Below are positions 34,339 through 52,396 of a stretch of 64,000 nt of DNA, piece after piece. The DNA comes from Lobosporangium transversale. Its lineage: Eukaryota. Under the pieces are notes generated by a model. That model did not search any database. It worked only from the letters and a program-made list of their open reading frames with translations, and was not told the DNA's origin. The DNA lies in the NCBI RefSeq assembly GCF_002105155.1, contig NW_019029022.1:62001-126000 (forward strand), in the 5' to 3' direction. Numbering within the stretch: the first letter of the stretch is position 1; every line of letters starts with the position of its first letter. A program made the position numbers and the translations under genes.

Positions 34339-35510
34339 ATGGACCCTATTTCACAACAGCGCCCCGTCTTGGACGTGTCGTCAGCCCGCGGTGTCCGTAG
34401 CTCTTCCTCCTCCTCCCCTTCGTCACTGACCCAGAAGAACAACGTTCAAGATAACGGCGATGCTTTTGAAAGTCCTGCCTTTGTCTTCCAAAGCCCCACT
34501 ACCACCATGTCTCAGACTGACAGCAATCACCCGCTCTACAACTTCCCTCTTCTCTCTAATTTTTCTCGGATGAAAGCTGCTAATAATAATGGCAATGACA
34601 GCACCAGTAGCAATAGTAATAGCAACAGCAGCAGCAACAGCAACAACGACATCAATATAGATCCATCGTCTCATTCTCATGACTCCTCTACACTCTCCCC
34701 TATTACCTCCTATTGCTCGTCATCAACTTCTATCAGAAAATGGGACACTGACGATAAAAAGAATAACACTAATGCTCCTGCATCCATATCCACCACAATC
34801 AACGCTACTGGTAATCAGGATCAGGGTCGTTATCTAAGGCCTGATAGCCATCTAAACAAAAGCGATGATGGAGACGATAATAGTAATAATAATAATAATA
34901 ACACTAGATCTTGTACTGGGCATGGTCGTTCTCTTTCAGTTGAGAACAGCCCATTGACAGTCTCTTCCAGGAGTTCTTCTCGACGAGGCTCCACCCAATT
35001 CTTACAACCGATCGAAGTCAAAGAGACGTTGAATGCCAGCGTTGTTGAAACGGCTGATGGTCACTTACAACTGAAGCAATATGTTCTAAAGCGTATTATC
35101 GGTCGAGGTGCCTATGGTATCGTGAACTTGGGTGTAGACGTCAACACGGGCATCAAATATGTAGGTTTTCTTTACCCCTGGATTTCCTTCTCCTGAGGAC
35201 TGTCGTGTTCTGTACCTTTTTATTTATTACTGTTATTTATGTTGTTGTTATTTTTAATGTCTAACTCATCAATAGGCTATCAAAGAATTCAGTAAATCAA
35301 AGTTGCGCAGGCAAAAAAAAAATGCCAACCTGTTCACGTTGGGAAGAGGGCGAGGAAGAGCACCCTTAAGGTCCAATTCATCCGAGTCATCCCCTTTGGA
35401 ACTGATTCGAGGCGAGATTGCAATTTTGAAAAAGCTAAATCACGACAATATTGTGAGGCTTTACGAAGTCCTCGATGTCGCCACGGAGGATTCGATGTTC
35501 ATGGGTAAGG

Positions 35511-35558
<48 letters not shown>

Positions 35559-35638
35559 AGAAAAAGGAAAAAAATAGGACATGATGGAAGAGGATAGTCA
35601 AGATGAGGAATAGTCATCAATATGTCATTGAGCATGTC

Positions 35639-35673
<35 letters not shown>

Positions 35674-35902
35674 AACTCCTTATTCTCCGCTCTGCTCTCT
35701 GATTTAGTATTTGAGCTATGTGAACGTGGCGTGTTGACGGATGTGTCGCTTGGCGATAAAGTTGGCAAGATCTTTTCGGATGAGGAATGCAGGGATGTGT
35801 TTCAACAGATTGTCCTTGGTATCGAATATCGTGAGTAAATTCTGTCATTTCTCTTTTGGTTTGCCATCGAACACAAACAATGCTCTTTCGATCCTAATTT
35901 CT

Positions 35903-35945
<43 letters not shown>

Positions 35946-36937
35946 CATAGTCCACGAGCACGATATTGTACACAGAGACATTAAACCTGAAAACCTCCTT
36001 CTTTCAGCAGATGGGACGCTCAAGATTGTGGATTTCGGTGTTTCAGAAATGTTTACAAAGAAGGGTGATGATATGACCAAGAAATCAGCGGGATCGCCTG
36101 CATTTATGGCTCCAGAGCTCTGCCAGCTAATGCGTGAGGAAGTCTCTGGACGAGCTATGGATATCTGGTCTATGGGCGTCACTTTGTATTGCATCCGCTA
36201 TGGCCGTCTACCATTCAGGTTCTCAAATACTTTAGATCTGCACAGAGCCATCCGAGAAGATGAGCCAGACCTGGAAAGCGAGAAGGATCCCAGGTTCAAG
36301 AATGTCATGAAAAGACTATTGGAAAAGGATCCAGCCAAGCGCATTACATTAGATGAGCTCAGAGTAAGGCCTTTATCCTACTTTACGTTATATTAATCTC
36401 GATTGAGGAGAAAAATTGCCATTGTCATTGTCATTTTTTTTAATGTTTTTTTTTTTTTTTTTCTTTATCTTTTAAATTACCGTACGTATCCAGGAGGACC
36501 CTTGGCTTACAGATGACGGCCGAGACAAGTTGATTTGCAAGGAGGATAATACTAAGAATGCTGTCGTAGACGTCTCAGATGCGGATCTCGACAATGCATT
36601 CCAGCGCCTTCAAGGAATTGTCGCTGTGGTAGGCTTTTTGCTACGTTACTCATTCCATATGCTTCTTTGATCGTATTTTTTTTATTGTACTAATACATCT
36701 ATAACACTTTCCTTTTCTCTTGTTAATATCAAGTTGAAAGCATTTTCAAAGTTTAAGAGTATTATCAAGAGCCAAGCGTCAAAATCAGCTGCACAAGAAG
36801 TTGCCGAAACTACAGAGGTGATTGGTGAACGTGGCATATCGGCACCTGGCGCTTCGCCCGCTTTAATGAGCCTGTGCTTTCAGGGCGCAGCAGAACCATC
36901 TGTTTCGCCATCCGAACTTGCTGCCGGGGTAGCTTAA
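34339..36937 (+). CDS. Ca2+/calmodulin-dependent kinase kinase-like Ser/Thr kinase (Ssp1/Sak1/CaMKK group), multi-exon
   Basis: IGRGAYGIV, AIKEFSKSKLRR with an RG/RP-rich insert, EIAILKKLNH, HRDIKPEN, DFG, GSPAFMAPE. Confidence 0.88.
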
Positions 36938-37447
36938 AGCTTGATCTGAGTCTAGGGCAGCAACAACAGTAAGAGTAGCATGGACAACGAGATCAGGGAG
37001 CGGATTAAAGGACAACAAGTTGTTGTCTCAGAAGAAGGAAACCATCAATAACCTCAGTATACGATACAGAAACTCATTAGTGGCCATAATAGCATATTAA
37101 ATTAAAGGTTCATTGCTTGCCTAATTCTTGTATAATTTTCTCCGCAATGCTTACGATCACGTGTACAGAGCATTCCTTAACTATTGTATCTGGCCAATCG
37201 CATCGCCCACGTAGCAGTTTTGCAGGAGGAGCTTGATCGCCTTCGACTTGCAGCAAGCATTCCTTTTCATCTTTTTTTTTTTTTTTTTTTTTTTTTTGTT
37301 CGTGTTATTCCCTTTTTCGAGTTCATCTCCCCTTCTCAGCCCTTCTTGTCATAGCAAACAGCAAGCAGACAGCTGTTGCAAAACTGTTTACAACAGCCAT
37401 CTAAAACTTCTCAACATCAGCAACGCAGCACACATTTTACTTTTATA

Positions 37448-37742
37448 ATGGTAATAAAGTGGATTACATGGAGAATAAGTTCAGCATGCACTTTTTTTTT
37501 TATTATAATTGTTATTTTATTCGCCTATTGAACCGAGTCTTGGCACTGAAACGATTAACTTGTGGAAGGAGATGAAGCTAACCAGAAGAAAGGAAGAGGA
37601 AGGGCATAATGAGACATTCTCATTCTCGCATACTTTCCTTTCCTTATCTCCTCCGAGAAACGCGTCCTTTTTATATACTCCTACTGATTCGCTGATACGA
37701 TTTCTTTTTTTTTTTCTTTTCTTGTATCCTTGATTGGGTCGC

Positions 37743-37777
<35 letters not shown>

Positions 37778-38305
37778 ACTTCTCTCTTTTTCTGCTTGTA
37801 TAGGCTGCCGCTGCTACTCAACAACAGCAATTGCTGGAGACCCAGCACGAGGATATGATTGTAAGATGGAACTTTTTTTTTTTTTTTGTTTTTCTTTTTA
37901 ATCTTTTGTTGAACGTTGGAAAATGTGCCTCTATTTGGTATTTTTCTAAAAAAAAAAATCCCTCTCTCCTTCCACCACTTTATTTCCTTAGCATGACGCT
38001 CAATATGATTACTATGGTACGACTTAATTGTCAGGACGCGCCTTTTTTTTCTCCTTGTCTGTTTTCTCATTTACTAGTCATTGATCATGTTTATTATCTA
38101 TTATTTATTTTTAAACCTACCAACAGGCAAGCGCCTTGCTACTTGCTCCTCAGACAGAACCATCAAAATCTTTGAAGTAGATGGCGAGAATCATCGTTTG
38201 TCTAGCACTCTTCGAGGGTAAAAGCCTATATATTTCTTATATTCATTGTTCAATTGGGTCACGTCGTCACTTTAATTGAGATTGGGGAAAAAAAACACTC
38301 TTATC

Positions 38306-38337
<32 letters not shown>

Positions 38338-39376
38338 CCCTTCATTTTTAGACATGAAGGCCCCGTGTGGCAGATTTCTTGGGCGCATCCCAAGTTTGGC
38401 TGCATTTTGGCCTCGTGTTCATATGATGGCAAGGTCTTTGTGTGGCGAGAACAGAATGGGCAATGGGCACGTATCAAGGAGCATGTCTCTCATACTGCCT
38501 CTGGTAATACATAAGATATAATTATAAACATTTATTTATAAAAACCCCAATGTCTTTAATATCCACGCATATCGATTACTCAATTTTTTCTATCTCTTTT
38601 TTTTTATTTTTTATTTTTTATTTTTTATTTTTTTATAGTGAACTCCGTTGCATGGGCTCCTCACGAACTTGGACCAATCTTGGCCTGTGCTTCCTCAGAT
38701 GGTCGTGTCTCTGTTCTTTCATTCAATGGTATTTTTTTGGAAACAGATCGCTTTAGAAACGTGATGATTAAAAAAAGGAAAAAGAAAAAAAAAAAAAATC
38801 TAATTCCACAAAATCTCGCTTGGTCACTTTTCAATAGACGATGGAACCTGGGATACTGCTGTTCTGGATGCACATTCAATTGGATGCAATGCTGTGGCAT
38901 GGGCGCCTGCAACAGTCCCTGGAGCATTACTTCAGCAAGGATCCAACACTGGCAAGGTGCCATTCTCAAAACGATTCAGCACAGCTGGTTGTGATAACTT
39001 TGTGAAGATCTGGACATTTAGAGAGGATTTGAACTCATGGAAGGAAGAGGAGACACTTGAAGGACATACAGACTGGGTCCGTGATGTGGCCTGGGCACCC
39101 AACATTGGAGTCCCCAAGAGTTATTTGGCCAGTTGTTCACAAGACAAGACGGTGTTGATTTGGACACAGGATGCACCAACATCGCCTTGGCAGAAAAAGC
39201 CATTGAGGAATGAAAAGTTTGCGGATGTAGTCTGGAGAGTGAGCTGGTCATTGAGTGGCAATATCCTTGCGGTTTCCTGTGGAGATAATAAGGTGACGCT
39301 TTGGAAGGAAAACCTTAGTGGAGAATGGGAGTGTGTCAGCGAGATGGTAGAGAATGCTCCAGGACATGGACACTAA
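37448..39376 (+). CDS. SEC13: COPII coat / nucleoporin WD40 protein Sec13, about 7 exons
   Basis: [87 protein letters not shown]. An ATG-only first coding exon is inferred. Confidence 0.95.
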
Positions 39377-39864
39377 AGAGAAATCTCCAAAGCGGGATAG
39401 CTGTCTTTTTCAAATGACTGTACCCGTAATTGGAAAGCAAAGGGGGAGCAATGGATGTCAGATTGGGAGCTGGACAAGAATAGACGGGCACAACCAAAGC
39501 CATGTCGTCTCTAGCAATCGAGATATCTTGGATTCAATTAAAGTATAAATAGCAAAAAAATAAAAAAAATAAAAAAAGAGAAGCAAATATGACAGATCGT
39601 AAATGTGGCTTGGCTTCACGGCATTTGTACCTGGAAAAAAAAAAATCAAAATAAGATCTTCATTGCATTGTAGGAATTGAATGTGAGAAAGAAGTGAAGG
39701 GAACGCACTTTTCGGAATTCACTAAATTTTGCATCTTATTCTTTGGATCAATTTCTTTCTCATCTCTCCCGTTTTCATTCTTGTTCTCATTCTTATTTTT
39801 GTTTTGTTTTTTTTTTTTTTTTTTTTTCTTTGTGCAAGAGGCGGGAAACAAATACAGGAAGACC

Positions 39865-40999
39865 ATGGCCTCACTTACCCGATCAGCGCGTGCTCTGATC
39901 TCTCAGACCAGGGTGCAACAATCTCTTAAAGGATCATTTGTTGCAACTGCACAACAGATTCGTTCCGCTTCTACCAGTACTGCTACCACAACTGGCACTA
40001 CTAAGAAGGACACTAGCACAAGTAATAAAAAGAGCAGCAATAAGAACGAACAACAACAGTCTATTACTTTAGCACCTCAATATGAATATACGACAGGAGT
40101 GAGTCGACTTCGGGAACATTTTCGAGAGACAGTTCAAGAGGATTTGATGGTCCTGACATATAGCCATAATTTCAAGCCCAAGGCCAAGATCCCAGAGGGA
40201 GTTCGGGTGGAGTTGAAGGGACACAGGCATCTTAAACCCAATCCAAAGGCTCCTTCTCCTAAACAGATCCCAGAATTGACCAAGATCGAGATTCATTGCA
40301 TGATGAAGGAAGCCCTAGTCAGCAAGTACCACCTCTTGAGTGGCTTTATGGCCATTCAAGCCATCACAGGAGAGATGCCAGAGATCATTCATTCCAAGAA
40401 GGGAGTCCACCCTTGGAAGTTGCGTGCAGGTAAAAAAAAAAAGACTTTTCCCTCTCTTTTGCCAATAACTATTATAATAACTATGATCAATAGAACAAAG
40501 CTGTTTTTTCCCCCTTCTAACATTATATATTATGTATATATACATTTTCGTGTAATATTCTATCCGATCCTCTTTATTTATTTAACAAGGCAATCCTATT
40601 GGATGCAAGGTGACATTGAAGGGCGACAAGATGTATCAATTTTTGGACAAGCTTGTTGAGATTGTGTTGCCCAAGATGAAGGAATGGCCTGGATTACCCG
40701 AGTCTGCAGGAGATGCGACCGGCAACATCGGAATGGGTTTCCCGGCTTCGGCCATGTCCCTATTTCCAGAGATTGAAAACAATTATGATATGTTTCCAAG
40801 GATGACTGGATTCGACGTCACCTTTAACACAACTGCCAGCACAAATTTGGAAGCTCGCCTCTTAATGAGTGGATTTAATGTGCCGTTTCAACAAAAGATT
40901 CGTTCTGCACCTAAACCTGCTGCATCTGCATCTACATCAACATCAGCATCAACATCAACGTCAGCATCAGCATCAGCCACTTCTTCAATAGCGGCATAA
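39865..40999 (+). CDS. MRPL7: Mitochondrial ribosomal protein uL5m (MrpL7), one intron ~40430-40589
   Basis: Presequence-like N-terminus; EDLMVLTYSH, IQAITGEMP, WKLRAG|NPIGCKVTLKG...MYQFLDKLVEIVLP, FPEIENNYDMFP. Confidence 0.88.
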
Positions 41000-41297
41000 T
41001 AAAAACGAATGAAGAGATGAAAAGTGGAGGGGACGGTTGGGCAAGAAGTGTAGTGTGATTAGTTTCATAAGAGAAATGTATAAAAAAAAAAATTTCAGTG
41101 CCAATGAACTATTGTTTCTTCTATTTTCTATTTTCTATTTCTTATTTCCTATTTTCTGTTTTCTCTCCTTTGTTTGATAAAATTCAAAAAGTAACGCTTT
41201 AAATCATGAATCATTATGGATAATAAAAAACTCGTCATATTGCAATATTTACTACAGGTATTAGAATTAAAAACAAGAAAATCAGATCTTTACTTCT

Positions 41298-42320
41298 TTA
41301 GTCCGCATCAGATTCGGAATCTGAGCCATAGGATCCTACAAGTGACAGTAACGAGGCGGGTTTAGAAGCTTGTTTTGCTGCTGTATTAGACGGTGTTGAT
41401 GGTACTGACGGTGAAGATGAATTTTTTGTGGCCAAAGCTAAAGGTGATGATGAAGAAGAAGAGGGAGAAGAGGGAGAGAGTGATGATGATGATGATGCTG
41501 CAGGCGTTGCTTTGGATGTTGAAACAATATTTTTGACAAGTCCAAGAGATCCACCTTGTTTACGTTTCTTAGTTAAAGGAGTACTGAAATCTGGCAAAGC
41601 AAGCGACTGTGAAAATTTGGCCCTGGCAACTTTGGTGGCATCCAGTTCGCCAGAATCATTCAAGAGATCCTGATCATTGTCCCACAATCGCTTGACACTC
41701 TCGCCATCCACATCCTTAAAGACTTGTTTAGCTAACCGATCATCCTCTTCATCCTCTTGTTGTTTTTTCTGGAGAGTATTATCAACGTCTCCACTCCATA
41801 TTTTATTCAAGACAGCGTCTGCGTCCAAACGTTCATTCATTGCATTCCTAGTACGGATCTCATCCAAAGCATCCATGATCTCCATCTCCCGTTTTGAATC
41901 CTGAGTTCGATGTTCGAGAGCCTTCATCGGATTATTCTGCTCTTCCTCTTCCCGTTCCCGTTCTGCGACCTTGTCAGCGTCTTCGTCTCTCCAAGGTTCA
42001 AAGTTACGTTGAGCACCATTTTCGGCTACATAATCTGTATTGGCAGGATCGGTTTTGAAAGTGATTTCGGCCGCACACCGATTACAACGGATATAGAATC
42101 GAAAAATTTTGATACTATGATAAGTTTCGTTGGTCGTTTCTTTCCTAGCGTTGAATTTCTTGCCCTTGTAGATGTATTCGCCGCAAGTGTTGCAACGCAT
42201 GGAGAATGGGGTCATGAGACGGACTTTTTGTTGTGCATCCTTTTCGATCTTGCGACGAGGGATTAATGCAGGATCGAAATCGGGGGGGAAGTATTTGTTG
42301 AGTACTTTACGTTCAGACAT
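41298..42320 (-). CDS. YJU2: Splicing factor Yju2/Cwf16/CCDC94
   Basis: [65 protein letters not shown]. Confidence 0.95.
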   Translation of the reverse strand: MSERKVLNKYFPPDFDPALIPRRKIEKDAQQKVRLMTPFSMRCNTCGEYIYKGKKFNARKETTNETYHSIKIFRFYIRCNRCAAEITFKTDPANTDYVAENGAQRNFEPWRDEDADKVAEREREEEEQNNPMKALEHRTQDSKREMEIMDALDEIRTRNAMNERLDADAVLNKIWSGDVDNTLQKKQQEDEEDDRLAKQVFKDVDGESVKRLWDNDQDLLNDSGELDATKVARAKFSQSLALPDFSTPLTKKRKQGGSLGLVKNIVSTSKATPAASSSSSLSPSSPSSSSSSPLALATKNSSSPSVPSTPSNTAAKQASKPASLLSLVGSYGSDSESDAD

Positions 42321-44829
42321 GTTGTTATAAAGGAAAAAATGAAAAAAAAAAAAAAAAAAAAAAAAAAGTAGAAGGAATAGAAGGAAGTAAAAGAAGCCGC
42401 AGAAGGTGAAGAAAAAGGAGAAAGAGAAGCAAGCTCAAGTAATTTCTTTAATGGGTGCAAAAGAAAGCTTGATGAGAAAGTGTGGCGAAGTAGTTTTACT
42501 TTGTGGAGTTGCTAAGGCTGAGTGGCTTATGTGCAATGGATCGGCAGGAGAATGGCCACCTTTTTCTAGGCTCTGAGGCATGGTCATACGAAATCTAGTG
42601 GTTCACCTCTAATTGAACGACCAAGAGAAGTACACCCACAAGACTAACCGAAACCACCTCAGCAGGTGCCCAACGATGAAGAAGACAAGAAATGGTAAAT
42701 AGAAATAGGAAGAGTGCAGAAATGAATAAGTAGAGAGAGAAAACAGATCCCATTGATACAAACCCCAACATCCATCATCGTTTATAGAAAACTTAGTCTA
42801 GCAAATCCCCATCAATTTTCAATTCTTCAAAAATTCAGCATATAAAGAAGTCTAAGGAAGAACCAAAATCCTCTCTTCAGCGAATGCCCAACCCAAGAAT
42901 AAAAGACTCCAAACCTGAAATTGATCGAGCCGCGGCTCAAGAAACTCAAGAACCCCAGAAGAAAGAGACCAAGAAGAGCTCGGACCAGCTCACCCAAGTC
43001 CACACTCCACTAAAGTCCACTTCGTTAATTATTTTTGTTGTTGGTTAGTTTTCTATCTTTTATTCTACCCCTATCATCTCCCACACACCCCACTCCACAG
43101 AAGACGACTTTCTGGGTTTTAGGTAATCATTAGGCTCGTAACCCTGAGAAAAAAAGATTCGCCGTCACAACGTCGGCGGCTTTTCCTCAGGCTGGTTACA
43201 AGCCTAACATTTTTCTTTTTAATGGTCTCAAAGGATACAGACTGCTTCGCATAGGAACAGACATTCAGAGAAGCGGCTGCCCTTTGCGAATTCGCCTGAG
43301 CTTGCCTTTTGATCATTATCGTTCCAAAGCACAGACACAGCGCAACAGAAGATGCATTAAGAGAGGCGTCACTTGCTATTTGAATCAAACACTTTTTAAT
43401 CTTTATTGAGAAATTGTTTGCTATCTAGCTATCGAGTTTACCTAGCTACATTCTAAGCTACAAAGGGCCAGTTCAGGCGTATGCTCATTTGGGATCTTGG
43501 GATGCGTTGTCGCCATATTAAATGACGCCTTGCTTGTGTAGGCACTTGTTCGCGTACAATCTTCAAGCTTTGCGAGACTGTATAAACAACAGCAATAACT
43601 AAAATACAAGCCTACTGCCCTCGAACTGTTTAGCCGCTCTACATGGTGGGGTGGCGCAACAAAGAAAAAAAGATCCATTTAGACAGCGAGCAATGTGATG
43701 CGGCTGAAAGTAAAAAAATGAGTTTCAGGGCACAACCATATTAGCATTCGCATACTCTTACTTCATTAACATTAAGCTCTAGTACTTTTTGATTCTTGGT
43801 AATAGGGCTCATTAGGTACTACCAATCAAGCTTTCATTTTTATTCTCTTCTTCTATTTCCTCTCTTCACTCCTCACAAGAGATGTGATAGACAATCGAGA
43901 ACTGTGTTTCGGCAGGTTGTATCCTAATGCCTTTTCCCAGAATACGACATATGCCAATTCTCAACTCACTCGCAGTCCTTTTTTATTATTTTCATGTAAA
44001 GTAATAAAATATAAACATATGACATGTGACAGCTGATTAGGCTGTGCATTTTATTTTATTTTATTTGAAAGCGAATTAATATTTGTATGTCGACCAATAA
44101 AAAGCACACGAGTGATGTGTCTTACTTTTACCGCGTTCTGGAAAAACAAAAAAAAAAAGGTCTGTTTGGACAAAAGCTGCTACGGTACAGTTCCTGCGAT
44201 AGTCTGTCTATTCCATCTGCTATTGGGAGTGAAGAGAGAGAATAAAGAAGCAAGCTTGACTGGTAGTGTCTGGTGAACTCCATTACGAAGGATTAATAAT
44301 AGATACTCGAGCTGAATGTTGTTGAAAATGATAGCATGCGAGTGTTAATGTGCTTGTGCTCTGAATCTCACTGTCTAAATAGATATTTCTTTGTTGCACC
44401 ACCTTAGCATGCAGAGAGCAATGTGGCTCGTGCTCTGATTGTTTGTGGGTAGCCTAATATTGTTGTTTAGATGATCTTGCAGATCTTGAAGACGGAATGT
44501 TAGCAATGCTATTCCCCACCTCCACCCATGAGTACTTTCTCTTTTTCTCTCTTGTATGCATATGAGAAATGACGGATGATATCATGTAGTGCGCATATTA
44601 TCCATTTTCAAATTCCGCTATGCCGCTTTTTTTCTTTTTTTCTTTTTTTTTTTTTGGCCGCTCTAGAGCTCTAGAGCGTACAAAAAGCAAGATGCTTGAT
44701 ATATTCATTATTCAGTCAATACTCTGAAATCGCAAATTGGTTTCACTTATCATTTTTCCTGCGCGACTTCAAAAACCACTCATCATTCATCCATTCGTCC
44801 TTTACTCGCGAGTGCTTTCGATATAAAAT

Positions 44830-44875
<46 letters not shown>

Positions 44876-44945
44876 CCTTTCCTTTTCTTTTCTTTTCTTT
44901 CTTTCCCTTTTTTTCTTCTCTTCCAGTTTAGCCTCCTCGACCAAC

Positions 44946-46050
44946 ATGAAAGGTAAGCAACACTCCACAAATATTCACCCTCACTAAAGTCCTAACTCTC
45001 TCACCTTATGCTGCACTGTACTTGTTCTGACTTTTTATTTCCTGTCTATCTCTCTTTCTCTCTCTTTCACATCACTGTTAGACCACAAATGATACAAACT
45101 TCTAGCCAGATACAGAGCAGAACTAGGAAACACTCTGAACAACTCAACAGCAAACTACAGACCAGAAAAAGCAAAAAAAGCCTCACCTGGTCATTCACAG
45201 AAGAGCCCTCGCCGCTGTCATCAAGTAAGTATATAGTTTATGCATGGCTTCGCTTTGTCTTGCTTGTGATTGTCCCTACCATCGAATAAGCTTAGCATAC
45301 TTACAAAGCTATCTTCGTTCTTTTTTTTTTTTTTTTTTTTTTTTCTTCGTCTTCCTCCTAGCTGTAATAGGGGCCACTAGCCCTAGGCTCATGGCGACGA
45401 TTGTCCCAAAGACTGCAATGGGCCCATGCAGTGCTTATCGAAATGGGGCGAAAGCGGAGCTGTAAGTACAATTTCTTTTAGAAGCACATGTCGTGATTTT
45501 CTGTCTGTACTCTGCTGTGCTCTGATTACCAAATATTCTAACCACGCGTGTTTTTTTTTTTGTCTTCTTCCCTTAGAGGCTCATCCGCTTGGACTCTAGC
45601 CCGCCGGGCCCTCCTCCCGCCTGCCCGCCTGCCCGCCAATCCCCTTCGCCGATCCCCTTCGCCGATCCTTCCGTCAAGCCCTCGCAACTCCTTGAAGGGG
45701 GATCATTGTAGTAGCTCTAGAGAGCCTCTAGCCTCTGGACCTTACTTTGATCCGAGTGCCCTTGGGGATTTCGCGTAGGTAACAGATGACACACAGTTGT
45801 GGTCGTCTAAGTATGGTAAGTCAGTAGCAGTGGCCTGTTTACTAGGCCCTATAGAGCTCGAGTCCCGGCCTTCAAGGAGATCCTCCATCCAGCAGGATCA
45901 GGATCAGGATCAGGACCAGGTGTTATCAAGGCCTGATAACACCTCAGGTAAGTATACATGCGCATACATAGCAAAGGGCATATTAACTTGATTCTACCAT
46001 TGCTTTTGTTCTCTCTGTTTAGGTGGGATCTTGGCAACTCGGAGCTCTAT
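44946..46050 (+). pseudogene. Decayed multi-exon gene or spliced non-coding locus
   Basis: Regular GTAAG(T/C) donors (44953, 45225, 45462, 45948) paired with pyrimidine-rich TAG acceptors (45081, 45361, 45576, 46022). The spliced frames I translated contain stop codons. Confidence 0.4.
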
Positions 46051-46455
46051 AGTGTTTAGTAAATAGTTCATTGTTACTGACATCATCCTTAGATTACCCC
46101 AATTAGCGAAGCTGCACCAGGCGCCTGGCTGTAGTGTGTAGTGCATGGCGTAGAGGCGTCATGTTGTGTGACCTGTTACTTGCCGTCTGAACCAAAGGTA
46201 CTCTGGTCATAGTAGGGCTTCATTGGCTAGTCGCTCGATAGACTATTGCAATGAGACCTCTGCTTGGAGAAGCGAGAGCAAGGGTCATAAGAGGAGTAGA
46301 GGACCTTGAGGCATAAAAATAGATCGAAGAGCACCATGCTTCGAATGCGGCTAGGAGCGCAGGGCCAACAGAAAGCAGACAGCAGCCGAGGGCCGAAAGC
46401 CAATAGTCAAGAGCCAGCAGTCAGCAGTCAACACCCAACATCTAACAGCAGAAGG

Positions 46456-46487
<32 letters not shown>

Positions 46488-47044
46488 ACGCACGAACACG
46501 AACACACAAACACACAAACATAAGAGAGAAAACCCCAAAGCAAAAAAAAAAAAAAAAAAAAAAAAAAGATAAAACCAAAACACAGAGTAAAGAACAAAAA
46601 AGATGAGGAAAAGAAAAAAAGAATTAACTCAAAAAACAAAAACAAAATCAAAAAAGCCAAAGCCAACGCCAAAGTCATAGTCAACCGAAGACTTCCACAA
46701 CTAAGCTTAATACAAGGCAGCTTCATCCAGCGCTCTCCGCCCGATCAAGCATAGCGGCTACAGCCAGACCAGACATAGGCAGCTTCAACTAAATCAACCA
46801 AAGGCAACCTTAATTAAAGCCAATAGTAGAGTACCTTGATCAAAACCAGCACAGGCTGCCTCAATCAAACCACTAGGGGCAGCGCTAGTCAAGGTAGCCG
46901 CGAGCTCCCCAGTCAAAGTAAACACACTCAGCCTTAACCAAATCACCAAAGGGAGCCCCAGGTAAAATAAACACAGGGTGCCTCAATCAAAACAAACATA
47001 CCAACATCAATCAAACCACAAAGGCAATCCAGAATGATCCAGAC

Positions 47045-47130
47045 AGCCAAAGTCAGTCGGCCGAAGCTAACCAGCCGAAGTCAGTCGGCCGAAGCCAGCC
47101 AGCCGAAGTCATTCAGCCAAAGCCAGCCAA
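47045..47130. repeat. Tandem repeat, ~28-bp unit x3 (AGCCGAAGTCAGTCGGCCGAAGCCAGCC-like)
   Basis: Seen directly in the sequence. Confidence 0.8.
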
Positions 47131-48228
47131 CTAATGGCAGCCGACTGAAAGGTATCAAAGCCAATCATCCGAGGCACTGCGCAAGGATACACTAAAAATA
47201 TTTTCAAAGAAGCCCAAAGGCCAAAACAATAATCCACAAAAGACTATCTACCTCTAAATAACAAAACAAAAGTCTTTTGCCTATGAGCCTGGCCATCCTG
47301 AGGATAGAGTGCAGCTTGGAAGCGGCAACATAGTAAACAATTAGCAATAAACATTGTTTGTCTGAAATATTGGTAGAAGGGTAAATACCTTTGAACATTG
47401 TCTAAGGAAGGAAATGGAGCTTTGAGCCATTGAAATGTATAATATTACGTGGGACTTCGCCAACTGGCTCGAATAGTCCTAGTTGCCATTGAGCACATAC
47501 GTATGCCTATTCCATGTCTTCAGTATGGAAGTTGATTAGCTTTTCACTGAAAGGTCATTTTTGCTAAGTTGCACTGGCTAGTCAAGTGAGTGTGGGTGAT
47601 CCATGTAAGCATGAGCCACACCCAGGGTGCATGAGCGCAGCTAGAGCTTTGATGATGATATATAAATAAATAAACAGAGATCGGTAGATCTACAAATAGA
47701 TTTGAATGTGAAATCTTCAATGCTCCACATCAATAGGCTTCCATAGTCTCGATAGACGTGTTCATGCTACTTCTTTTATCGCTTTTTTTTTTTTTTTTTT
47801 TCCTTTAATATGAGTTTCTAGGTCCATAATCACGGCGCCTGATCCTACCAAAGGTAATAAATTGACCTCAGCTTCGGAGGCTGATCAATGAGCATCACGT
47901 GTTAGGAAGATCCGAGGCATTAGGTATAGTCCGTATGGGTTTTAGAGCATTCGCTTTCCGAGTATATTGTGAAAAGGCTAGTAGGGGGAGAATATTGCTT
48001 GGGACAAGTAGGGGAAAGGGATGACTAGAGCATGCCAACCCCTTGCATTCACGCTAAAGTCAGATTTTTAAACATAATGATCGCAATATCGGAACAATTA
48101 AAAAAAAAAGATTGGTTAATAGCCTTTGAGCATTGTCCACGAAGAGTAACTTTTTTTTTTTTTTTTTGCTTTATTTTGAAGGTGAATAGATCCAATTATC
48201 TTAGTACATAGTTATATAACCTCATAAA

Positions 48229-52150
<3,922 letters not shown>

Positions 52151-52396
52151 TTACAGCGTTGTTTGACCCACTATGTGACCACTCCCGTAGAAACCGCAGC
52201 ACATAGCATAGACATAACGCGACGCGCCAAAGTAAAAGTCATTTTTCATATTATAATTGAATAGATTATTAGTGGGGCTTAATGTTTAATTAATTTTATA
52301 CCAGGGGGTCTATATATATATTACGAGTAACAATTTTTTTTTTTTGACAGTGTGGCGCATCTACTATATCCACACTTTTTTGTTTTGTTTTAACGC

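Noticed and set aside
42500..43700. Purine-rich and coding-like patches upstream of YJU2
   Set aside because: Frames are short and interrupted, with no identifiable TE or protein motif.
46690..47150. CRISPR-like interpretation of the periodic repeats
   Set aside because: Eukaryotic context, units are contiguous and degenerate with no unique spacers, and there are no cas genes.
47830..47980. Small hairpins (TCAGC-TTCG-GAG-GCTGA) as a possible ncRNA or ribozyme
   Set aside because: No hammerhead, snRNA, snoRNA or tRNA consensus motifs found.
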